From Planctomycetota bacterium (GTDB lineage Bacteria > Planctomycetota > Phycisphaerae > FEN-1346), in contig JAUVZF010000009.1 of assembly GCA_030602705.1 (NCBI GenBank), positions 94 through 64,093 of the forward strand: a stretch of 64,000 nt of DNA. Direction: 5' to 3'. Position numbers and translations under genes: made by a program. Positions 11,224 to 19,178 of this stretch are shown in pieces. The notes under the pieces are model-generated. The model saw only the letters and a program-made list of their open reading frames with translations, ran no database searches and was not told where the DNA came from. Each line of letters begins with the position of its first letter. Positions within the stretch are counted from its first letter, which is position 1.

Positions 11224-12042
11224 TCAGCCGGATGGCATCTGGTCCAAAGTCTGGACCCGTTCCGGGACGGGGTTGGCCGGCGCGTCCGGAAGCAGGCCCA
11301 TGTCCTCCTCGATGCGCCGGGTGGCGAGGGACGCGTACTGCTCGGATAACTCCGTGCCGACCCACCGGCGCCCGTGGCGGGCGGCGGCGACCAGCGTCGT
11401 GCCGCTGCCGGCGAACGGGTCGAGCACCACGTCGCCCGGCCTCGAGCACGCCAGGATGATCCGCGTGAGCAGTTTCACCGGCATCTGGCACGGGTGCCAG
11501 CCCACCCGTTCCTTGAACGTGCCGCACACCCGCGAGATCGTCCACACGTCGTCCGGCAGTTTGCCCTTCGGGTTGGCACGCTTGTCGTTGTACTTCAGTT
11601 GCCGGTCGGACGGCACGCGGACGGCGTCGCCGTTGAAGGTAAACGCATGGGGGTCCTTCACGAAATAGAACAGGTGAGCGTGGCCGCGGTTGAACTTGGC
11701 CTTGCAGTTCTGGCCGAACGTGTAGTGCCAGATGACCCAATTCCGCAGCGTCGCCCACCGGTTCTCGCGCATCATCATGCGGACCTCGGCGGCGTATTCG
11801 TCGCCGATGGCGATCCAGAACGTGCCGTCCGGCGCGAGAACACGCAGGCACTCGTAGATCCACCGCTCCGTCCAGTCGACGTACTCGTCGTGCTCCAGGT
11901 CGTCCTGGTACTTGTCGTACTCGTACCCGATGTTGAACGGCGGGTCGGCGAACACCAGGTCCACGCAGCCCTCGGGCCACGTGGGCAGGACCTCCAGGAG
12001 GTCCCCTTGAACGATCGTGCCGAGCGGCGGCGGATCGGACAT
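11224..12042 (-). CDS. DNA methyltransferase (N6-adenine/N4-cytosine, beta-class; apparently orphan)
   Basis: Motif IV DPPFN precedes motif I DPFAGSGTT. No adjacent endonuclease candidate. Confidence 0.85.
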   Translation of the reverse strand: MSDPPPLGTIVQGDLLEVLPTWPEGCVDLVFADPPFNIGYEYDKYQDDLEHDEYVDWTERWIYECLRVLAPDGTFWIAIGDEYAAEVRMMMRENRWATLRNWVIWHYTFGQNCKAKFNRGHAHLFYFVKDPHAFTFNGDAVRVPSDRQLKYNDKRANPKGKLPDDVWTISRVCGTFKERVGWHPCQMPVKLLTRIILACSRPGDVVLDPFAGSGTTLVAAARHGRRWVGTELSEQYASLATRRIEEDMGLLPDAPANPVPERVQTLDQMPSG

Positions 12043-12098
12043 TCGCGTTATCCCAACGGGTTGCGGCTCCAGGGCGGCGCTGCCCTGCGCCAGAGTTC

Positions 12099-12126
12099 TT
12101 TACAACTCCGTCGCCCGGATTATAAT
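12099..12126 (+). promoter_or_regulatory. sigma70-like promoter TTTACA-16-TATAAT for PBP4 gene
   Basis: Read from gttcTTTACAactccgtcgcccggatTATAATcgt. Confidence 0.5.
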
Positions 12127-12191
12127 CGTCCCGGCGGCGGCTGCAAGCCTTTCGTCGCTCTTCAACGGTTTGGGCTTCAACGTAAGGAAAC

Positions 12192-13730
12192 GTGCGGCTG
12201 ATGCGCAAGCGCTACCTCGGGATTCTGCTCGTCTGTTTCCTCGCAGTTTGCCTCGCCTGCGTCTCCCATGCACGGGCCGCCGGGCCGACCGCAGCCGTCA
12301 AAACGCTTCGCGCTCGTTGCGAGCAGATCCTCGCCGGCGCCGGACTCGCGAAGACGGTAGTTGCGGTCCACGCCGTTGCTCTGGCGGCCCCGCCGGGGCA
12401 CGTACGAAACGACGTGCTCTACAGCCTGCGGCCGGACGTGCCGCTCATCCCCGCCAGCACGATGAAACTGGTGACGACGGCCGCCTGTTTCGACCGCCTG
12501 GGTCCCGACTGGCGCATCCGGACGCACGTCGGCCGCATCCCATCGACCACGCAGAAAGGCAAGTGGGACCTGGCGGTCATCGGCGGCGGCGACCCGAACT
12601 TCTCCGGACACTCCTACGCAGGCGACACCATCGGCGCGTTCCGCCGGTGGGCCGAGGTCCTCAAGGGGCGCGGCGTGACGGCCGTCGAGCGGGTCATCCT
12701 GGACGATACGCTCTTCGACACCGTGCTCGTGCATCCGAACTGGCCGGCCAATCAGCGGGCCAAGTGGTACGAGGCCCCCGTCGGCGCCCTCTCGATCAAC
12801 GACAACTGCGCCAGCATCCACGTGGCGCCGGGCAAGGTGGGCGGGCCGGCACGCGTGTGGCTCGAACCGCCCGGCGGCATCGCACGCATCACGGGCAGGA
12901 TACTGACGGTCGCCGACCGCAAGGCCCACCTGTTCAGCCTCGAGCGGGTGGTGGACGAGCAGGGCCTGACGATCCGCGCCGCCGGCCGCTATTGGAGCAA
13001 GGCGCCTGCGGTGGTCGAGTTCCGCACGCTCGACGACCCGACTCGCGTCTTCGGCCTGGCGCTGGTGCATGCGCTTCGGGCATCCGGCATCGAGGTGGGC
13101 GGGCCGGTGGTGCGTGCCCGGCTGGCGGCCCCCGGGGGCGCTGCGCGAAGGGATTTCGTCTGCGACTTCGTTCACGTCTCCCGTCTTGACTCCACCGTCG
13201 CCGTGGCCAACAAACGGAGCCAGGGGATGTACGCCGAGTGTCTGCTGAAACTGCTCGGCGCCTACGGCCTCACGCCGCACGTCACCACGCTGTTGCCGCC
13301 GCGGCAGGGATCGTGGCAGAGCGGGGCCGAGGAGGTCCGCCGCTGGCTCTCGCAGCGCGGCGTGCCGAACGCCGGGTGCGTCTTCGACGACGGCTCCGGC
13401 CTGTCGCGCCGGAACCGTCTGACGGCCTTCACCGTGACGCACCTTCTGGGGTTGATGCACCGGCTGCACGGCGCGAGGTTCGTCCAGACGCTCTCGGTGG
13501 CCGGCCGCGACGGCAGCCTGCACAAACGCATGCGCGGCACCGCCGCCGAGGGACGCGTGTACGGTAAGACGGGCTACGTGCGCGGCGTCAGCGCCCTGTC
13601 GGGCTACGTCTACGCCGCGAGCGGCCGGGTCATAGCGTACTCGATTCTGATGAACAACCTTCCCCCCCCCGCCCTCTGGAAGGCGCGCCTCGCGCAGGAC
13701 AAAATCTGCATTCGCCTTGTTGACATGTAG
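12192..13730 (+). CDS. dacB: D-alanyl-D-alanine carboxypeptidase/endopeptidase (PBP4, peptidase S13)
   Basis: Signal peptide. Motifs SxxK (ASTMK), SxN-like DGSGLSRRN and KTG (KTGYV). ~500 aa. Confidence 0.8.
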   Translation: MRLMRKRYLGILLVCFLAVCLACVSHARAAGPTAAVKTLRARCEQILAGAGLAKTVVAVHAVALAAPPGHVRNDVLYSLRPDVPLIPASTMKLVTTAACFDRLGPDWRIRTHVGRIPSTTQKGKWDLAVIGGGDPNFSGHSYAGDTIGAFRRWAEVLKGRGVTAVERVILDDTLFDTVLVHPNWPANQRAKWYEAPVGALSINDNCASIHVAPGKVGGPARVWLEPPGGIARITGRILTVADRKAHLFSLERVVDEQGLTIRAAGRYWSKAPAVVEFRTLDDPTRVFGLALVHALRASGIEVGGPVVRARLAAPGGAARRDFVCDFVHVSRLDSTVAVANKRSQGMYAECLLKLLGAYGLTPHVTTLLPPRQGSWQSGAEEVRRWLSQRGVPNAGCVFDDGSGLSRRNRLTAFTVTHLLGLMHRLHGARFVQTLSVAGRDGSLHKRMRGTAAEGRVYGKTGYVRGVSALSGYVYAASGRVIAYSILMNNLPPPALWKARLAQDKICIRLVDM

Positions 13731-14063
13731 GCCGGGGCGTGCCCCGGCGTTCATGAGGAGGGTGGCACGGCAGTCCCACCGGGACGGCCGTGGGCCTCAA
13801 TCTCATGCGAAACGCACGGCCGGGCAAGACCGGCCGTGGCACACGTCCGGTTCGGTGCTCGGTCAGAATGAGAGATCAACTGCCCGCGATGCCTGTCGGA
13901 TGCTTCTCCAGAAACTCGGCGTGATGCGCACGGCCCGTTGAGTCTTTTAGGTTGCCGGGCCGGGCAGGGGGGCCTAATATCGACGGTGCGCCTTCTGGGA
14001 GTGGGTATCATCGCGGCGGTCCAGAGAGGCTGCCGCGCAGCGCAGGGGTTAGGGAGGGCATTG

Positions 14064-14708
14064 ATGTCCGACGTGTGGGCGGACGTTCTGGCGATCGGCT
14101 CTCTGGCGCAGAACCACTACTGGCACGAGAAGACGCCCGTCCGCCGCGAGTACGCCACCGCAACGCTCGTGCGGTCGGATGACGTGGTCCTGGTCGTTGA
14201 CCCCGGCTGGCCGCCCGACGTGCTCCGGGCCGCCCTGTATTATCGGTCGGGCCTGGAGCCGGCGGCGGTCACGCACGTGTTCCTGACGCATTTCGATCCG
14301 GCGCATTTCGGCGGCATCGGCCTGTTCGCCGGCGCTGCCTGGTCGATGTACGAGGAGGAGATCCGCTGGGCCGAGGCCGAGGCGCCGGCCGGGGACGCGG
14401 GACGCGAGGTCCTGGCCCGAATCGGCGAGGCACCGGAGAAGTTCGCCCCGGGGGTGGATCTGTTCCCCACGTTCGGCCACACGCCGGGCCATTGTTCGCT
14501 GCTCGTCTACACGGCCATCCAGAGCCTTATCGTCGCGGGCGACGCCGTGCTGACGCGCGACCACTTCGAGCGCGGCGACCTCGGCCGGAGGCAATGGGAC
14601 CTGGAGAAGGCGAAGGAATCGTTCCAGGACGTGCTCGAGATCGCCGACCTCATCGTGCCCGGCCACGACAACCTGTTCGTCTGCCGCACGCCCGGGGGGC
14701 TGCTGTAA
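14064..14708 (+). CDS. metallo-beta-lactamase-fold hydrolase
   Basis: THFDPAHFGG (HxHxDH-like) and GHTPGH motifs. Start taken at ATG 14064. Confidence 0.7.
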   Translation: MSDVWADVLAIGSLAQNHYWHEKTPVRREYATATLVRSDDVVLVVDPGWPPDVLRAALYYRSGLEPAAVTHVFLTHFDPAHFGGIGLFAGAAWSMYEEEIRWAEAEAPAGDAGREVLARIGEAPEKFAPGVDLFPTFGHTPGHCSLLVYTAIQSLIVAGDAVLTRDHFERGDLGRRQWDLEKAKESFQDVLEIADLIVPGHDNLFVCRTPGGLL

Positions 14709-14755
14709 AGCCAATGACGAATGCCTATTGATCTTTGCGCCGTTAAAGTAAGACA

Positions 14756-15250
14756 TTACATTTCCAGTTGGGCACTATGAAAGAACGAACGCAACAGTTG
14801 CGGCCGGCGGCGAGTCTGGGCGACGGATTCCATCGTCTCCTCCCGCAAGTCGGCCAGATCGTCCGGGACATAGTTGGCCAAGTCGCCGTACTTCGTGTGG
14901 TCCCAGACGGACTCCACCGGGTTGAGGTCCGGCGCGTAGGGCGGCAACCATTCCACCTGGAACCGCTCGTCCCCCGCCAGGGCCTTGGCCGCCTTGCGAT
15001 GGACCGACCAGCGGTCCAGAACGACGATCAGCTTCCGGCCCAACGACCGCTGCACGCCCCGCAGGAAGGCCTCGACCTCCTCGGCCGTGACGTTGTGCTC
15101 GTACACCGCGAAGTACAGCCCGATCCGCCGCCTCCGGGCCGAGACGCTCAGGCCCGCGATGACGCTCAGCCGGTCGTGACGGTCCCACGAGTACATCACC
15201 GGCGTCCGCCCGCACGGCGCCCAGGTGCGACGCACCAACGGCTGAAGCAT
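14756..15250 (-). CDS. IS630 transposase DDE catalytic part, OrfB (frame +1 relative to OrfA; open from immediately after the A7 run: KNARRSGRSIVFLDETG...)
   Basis: Carries the DDE_3 motifs. This is either programmed slippage at A7 or a 1-nt indel pseudogene. Confidence 0.75.
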   Translation of the reverse strand: MLQPLVRRTWAPCGRTPVMYSWDRHDRLSVIAGLSVSARRRRIGLYFAVYEHNVTAEEVEAFLRGVQRSLGRKLIVVLDRWSVHRKAAKALAGDERFQVEWLPPYAPDLNPVESVWDHTKYGDLANYVPDDLADLREETMESVAQTRRRPQLLRSFFHSAQLEM

Positions 15251-15278
15251 CAGGCCCGTTTCATCGAGGAAAACGATA

Positions 15279-15764
15279 CTACGGCCGCTTCGCCGGGCGT
15301 TTTTTTATATGCGGCCACGTCTCGCGACGCCAGCGGGCAATGGCCTCCTCGTCCCGTTCCCGGGCCCGGCGCTCGGGCTTCTGGCAACTCCAGCCCAAGC
15401 CTCGCAACACCCGCCACACGTGGCACGGGTGATACCGGACGCCGAAGTGCCGGGCGATCACCTCGGCCACCCGCGCGAGCGTCCACAGTTCCGTGCGGTA
15501 GCCGTGGGATCGCGGCCCTTGGAGCAACAGCGCCGACAGCCGCTCCCGTTGGGCCGCCGTCAGCCGCGGCTGCCCGCCGGGATGGGGCTTGGCCGACAAG
15601 CCGGCCTCGCCGCTTTCGGCGTAGGCCCGCTTCCAGCGGCTCACCGCGGCCTCCGAGACGCCCAGCACCCGGGCCACCTGAGCCCCGCTCAACCCTTCGC
15701 CCAACAGCGCCACGGCCTGTCGCCGCCGCTGTTCCAGTTCCGCCGCCGATCCTTTGGTTCTCAT
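15279..15764 (-). CDS. IS630 transposase N-terminal (HTH) part, OrfA
   Basis: It ends ...WPHIKKRPAKRP* at an A7 run (CAT ATA AAA AAA CGC). The DDE part continues in the +1 frame. Confidence 0.8.
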   Translation of the reverse strand: MRTKGSAAELEQRRRQAVALLGEGLSGAQVARVLGVSEAAVSRWKRAYAESGEAGLSAKPHPGGQPRLTAAQRERLSALLLQGPRSHGYRTELWTLARVAEVIARHFGVRYHPCHVWRVLRGLGWSCQKPERRARERDEEAIARWRRETWPHIKKRPAKRP

Positions 15765-15956
15765 ACCACGTACATCGGCAAGCCAGCGGCCTTACTTTAG
15801 CGGTGCAAAGGTCAATAATACCGAATGACTAATGAATGACGAAACGATAATGATGAATGGCGAAGGGCGTGGGGGGGTTCCTTTCTCGCCTCTCGCCCGG
15901 CCGGGTCGCTCGTGGCAAGTGCTGCTTCGTCATTCGTCATTGCCGTTTGATTCGTC

Positions 15957-16109
15957 GTACCTGTTTAGCGTGCTCTCGAAGCGATGTCATTTCGACCGAG
16001 CCCTCGCCAAAGGCGAGGGCGAGCGGAGAAATCTCGTCGTCCGGACACGGATAACGGCGAGATTCCTCGACTCGCTTCGCTCCCTCGGAATGACACGCTA
16101 AACACGTAC
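15957..16109 (+). mobile_element. 153-bp MITE (GTACCTGTTTAGCGTG ... CACGCTAAACACGTAC) copy 1 with 8-bp TSD GATTCGTC
   Basis: The TSD is present at 15949-15956 and 16110-16117. It is inserted inside a GACGAATG-type repeat block immediately right of the IS630. It has a central palindrome CCCTCGCCAAAGGCGAGGG. Confidence 0.9.
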
Positions 16110-16179
16110 GATTCGTCATTCGGGCTTCGTCATTCGTCATTTGCGGGCCGGCCATACGGCCCGTAGGGGAGGGCAGCGG

Positions 16180-17562
16180 ATGTTGAGTGTCCTGGCGGAG
16201 TTTCCCTTTCACCTGCTGGCCATGGCGCTGCTGTTGGGGGCGTCGGCGTTCTTCTCCGGCGCCGAGACGGCGATGTTCAACCTCTCACGGGAGCAACTGC
16301 GCCGGTTCCGCCTCTCACGGAGTCCGTTTCGCCGGGTCGCCGCCCACCTCATGGACGAGCCGCGGCGGGTGCTGGTGACCGTTCTGGCCGGCAACATGAC
16401 GGTGAACGTGGCGTTCTTCGTCATGGGCGTGATGCTCATGCACAGGGTCGGCGTGCGGCAGCCGGAGGCGGTAGGCACGTGGCGGTTCGTCATCGGGACG
16501 CTCACGCCGCTGCTGGTCATCGTCTTCGGCGAGGTCACGCCGAAGAGCGTTGCGGCCACGATGCCGGGCCGGCTGGCCCCCGTGGCCGGTCTGCCGCTCA
16601 TGGTGCTCGGCTACGTTGTGCTTCCGGTTCGGCTCCTGCTCGGTTACGCGGTCGTTGTGCCGCTCACGCGTCTGATTACCGGCGGCCGCAGCAGGCAGGA
16701 GCGCGGTTTCGTGACGACCGAGGAACTCCGGGCAATCGTCGAGGTGGCCGAAAACGAGGGCACCGTCTCCAGCGCCGAGAGCGACATGCTCGCCGACATC
16801 CTCGAACTCGGCCAGATGAGGGTCCGCGAAGTCATGACGCCGCGAGTCGAGATCGTCGCCTGCGACGTCGGCACACCCACACCCGGTGTCCTGCCCGTCT
16901 TCAAGCGGTCGATGAAGACCAAGATCCTTGTGTACGAAGGGCGGATGGACAACGTCGTCGGCGTGGTGTACGCCAAGACGGCGCTGCTGAACCCCGAGGC
17001 GCCGCTGGCCGACCTGGTGCGGCCGGTCCATTACGTGCCGGAGACCAAGACGGTCGAGAGTCTGCTGAAGATGTTCCGATCGCGGCGGATTCAGTTCGCC
17101 GTGGTGGTGGATGAATACGGCGGCCTGGCGGGCCTTGTGACGCTGGAAGATTGCCTGGAAGAGATCGTCGGCGAGATCGAAGACGAGACCGACCGTCCCT
17201 CGGCCGAGCCGGTGCAGCGGCTGAGCGGATCGCAGTACCTGCTGGCAGGCAACCTCTCGATCCGCAGTTGGGAGGACCTGTTCGACATGGACCTTCCGGA
17301 GGGCGGCGGCCGGTACTCGACGGTGGCGGGGTTCGTGACCAGTTTGCTGGGGCGGTTGCCACAGTGCGGCGACACGGCCCGCTACAGGAACCTCGAGTTC
17401 TGTGTGGACCAGGTCCGCCGCCGGCGCGTGACGCGCGTCCGCCTGCGTCTGCTGCCGGGAGGCGACGCGCCCGGCGCCGTAAGGCATCCGTCTGAAAAGG
17501 ATACGGGCCCGTATGGGGAAGCGGCCGACGGTGCTGCCGCCGAGGCGGAAGGTGACGAGTGA
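16180..17562 (+). CDS. CNNM/CorC-family transporter (DUF21 TM domain + CBS pair + CorC_HlyC)
   Basis: Domain order was read from the translation: [15 protein letters not shown]..., a CBS pair, and the C-terminal CorC/HlyC transporter-associated domain. Confidence 0.8.
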   Translation: MLSVLAEFPFHLLAMALLLGASAFFSGAETAMFNLSREQLRRFRLSRSPFRRVAAHLMDEPRRVLVTVLAGNMTVNVAFFVMGVMLMHRVGVRQPEAVGTWRFVIGTLTPLLVIVFGEVTPKSVAATMPGRLAPVAGLPLMVLGYVVLPVRLLLGYAVVVPLTRLITGGRSRQERGFVTTEELRAIVEVAENEGTVSSAESDMLADILELGQMRVREVMTPRVEIVACDVGTPTPGVLPVFKRSMKTKILVYEGRMDNVVGVVYAKTALLNPEAPLADLVRPVHYVPETKTVESLLKMFRSRRIQFAVVVDEYGGLAGLVTLEDCLEEIVGEIEDETDRPSAEPVQRLSGSQYLLAGNLSIRSWEDLFDMDLPEGGGRYSTVAGFVTSLLGRLPQCGDTARYRNLEFCVDQVRRRRVTRVRLRLLPGGDAPGAVRHPSEKDTGPYGEAADGAAAEAEGDE

Positions 17563-18584
17563 TGGACGCGGTGCTTGAACTGCTCGATCCGTGGGGCCTG
17601 TATCTGCTGGCCCTGGTCGGCATGGCCGTCGCCGCCCTGGCCAACGGCATGGAGACGGGTCTGTACCGTCTGAACCGGATCCGGCTTCGCCTCAGGGGCG
17701 GGCAGGGCGACCGCCGCGCCGCCGTCCTGCTCGCGCTTCTGAAGGACCTGCGCGGCATGATCATCGTCTGCCTCATCGCGTACAACGGCGGCGTCTATCT
17801 GACGACGATCGTGGTGACGACGCTCGTGGCGGCGTCGGGCTGGGTCGGAACGGCCGCCGGCGTCGAGGTGTTGGCGACGGCTATCCTGACGCCGCTCTTC
17901 TTTGTCTTCACGGACGTGACGCCCAAGAGCATCTTTGTCGTGGAGGCGGACCGATGGACGTATCCGTTGGCGCATCCGATGCGGTGGGCTTATGCCCTGC
18001 TGCGGGGCGTGGGGCTGGTGCCGGCCCTTAAGGGCGTCAGCAATCTGGTGCTGCGGATCGCCAAGACCAGCGGCGCCGAGGGCGCTAACCCGTTCACACC
18101 GCGACAGCGGCTCCGGGCCGTCATCCGCGAGGGAGTGGCCGAGGGCGTCATCACAGGCTACCAGGACGAACTGGTGGAGAAGGTCCTGGGCCTGCGCGAA
18201 CGACCCGTGCGGCAGGTGATGATCCACATGAGGTACGTGGCAGCGGTTCCGGCGAACGTCAGCCGGCAGCGGTTCAGGCGGGAACTCAGCCGCCACTCCT
18301 ACACGCGACTGCCCGTCTATGAAAAGCACCGGGACAACATCGTCGGCATCGTTCGCATCAACGACGTGCTGGCCGAGGGTGGCCAGGCGTTCGACCTCTC
18401 GCGCATCATGAGCCGCGAGGTCGTCACGGTGCCGCCCGAGATGACGGTCAGCGCGGCGATGCTGCGCATGCGAGGGGCACGGGCCGCCATGGCCATCGTC
18501 CATGACGCCAGGGGCCGGGCCGTCGGCATCATTACGATCAAGGACCTCGTTGAGGAGATCGTCGGCGAATTGGCGGCCTGGTAA
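17559..18584 (+). CDS. CNNM-family DUF21 + CBS-pair membrane protein (paralog; no CorC_HlyC tail)
   Basis: ATGA overlap with the upstream gene. Begins ANGMETGLYRLNRIRLRL and carries CBS motifs. Confidence 0.75.
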   Translation: MMDAVLELLDPWGLYLLALVGMAVAALANGMETGLYRLNRIRLRLRGGQGDRRAAVLLALLKDLRGMIIVCLIAYNGGVYLTTIVVTTLVAASGWVGTAAGVEVLATAILTPLFFVFTDVTPKSIFVVEADRWTYPLAHPMRWAYALLRGVGLVPALKGVSNLVLRIAKTSGAEGANPFTPRQRLRAVIREGVAEGVITGYQDELVEKVLGLRERPVRQVMIHMRYVAAVPANVSRQRFRRELSRHSYTRLPVYEKHRDNIVGIVRINDVLAEGGQAFDLSRIMSREVVTVPPEMTVSAAMLRMRGARAAMAIVHDARGRAVGIITIKDLVEEIVGELAAW

Positions 18585-18603
18585 CGCGGCGGTTTAGCAC
18601 CGG

Positions 18604-19075
18604 TATAGCAGGGTGGCACGGCCACGCGCAGCGTGACCGTGGGCTCCTCGGCGCGATGCGGCCCACGGCCGCGTCTTCGCCGCTGCCGTGCCACCTTCCT
18701 GGCCGGGTGGCACGGCCACGCGCAGCGTGACCGTGTGCTCCTCGGCGCGACGCGGCCCACGGCCGCTGCTTCGCCGCTGCCGTGCCACCCTCCTGGCCGG
18801 GTGGCACGGTCTCGCGCAGCGTGACCGTGTGCTCCTCGGCGCGACACGGCCCACGGCCGCTGCTTCGCCGCTGCCGTGCCACCTTCCTGGCCGGGTGGCA
18901 CGGCCCCGCGCAGCGTGACCGTGTGCTCCTCGGCGCGATGCGGCCCATGGCCGCGTCTTCGCCGCTGCCGTGCCACCCTCCTGGCCGGGTGGCACGGCCA
19001 CGCGCAGCGTGACCGTGGGCTCCTCGGCGCGACACGCACCACGGCCACGCATACTGCCGCGTGACCGTGCCACCC
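18604..19075. repeat. 94-bp tandem repeat x5 (each unit bounded by GGTGGCACGG ... CCGTGCCACC inverted repeat)
   Basis: ORF-track hits every 94 nt (18688, 18782, 18876, 18970). Units differ only by scattered SNPs. The array is intergenic. Confidence 0.9.
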
Positions 19076-19178
19076 TCTGTGTCGCGCTTGCCTGCAAACC
19101 CCCGCGCCACCGTTTTTGCTTTCTCCCCATCCGGCGCCGCGCTATAATCCGGTTCCCTGTTTCCGAGGAGACCGTTTG

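Larger units (their letters stand above)
14727..15815 (-). mobile_element. IS630-family insertion sequence (~1089 bp) with 25-27-bp TIRs (TTGATCTTTGCGCCGTTAAAGTAAG / CTTACTTTAGCGGTGCAAAGGTCAA) and TA target duplication
   Basis: The TIRs match with 3 mismatches and are flanked by TA on both sides. Internally, the transposase N-terminal HTH ORF (15279..15764) and the DDE ORF (14756..15250) carry LPPYAPDLNPVE and IVFLDETG motifs. Confidence 0.85.

Noticed and set aside
18604-19075. 94-bp tandem array considered as a CRISPR array
   Set aside because: Whole units are near-identical, with no unique spacers between short repeats. No cas genes are nearby. Unit length and structure do not fit CRISPR.
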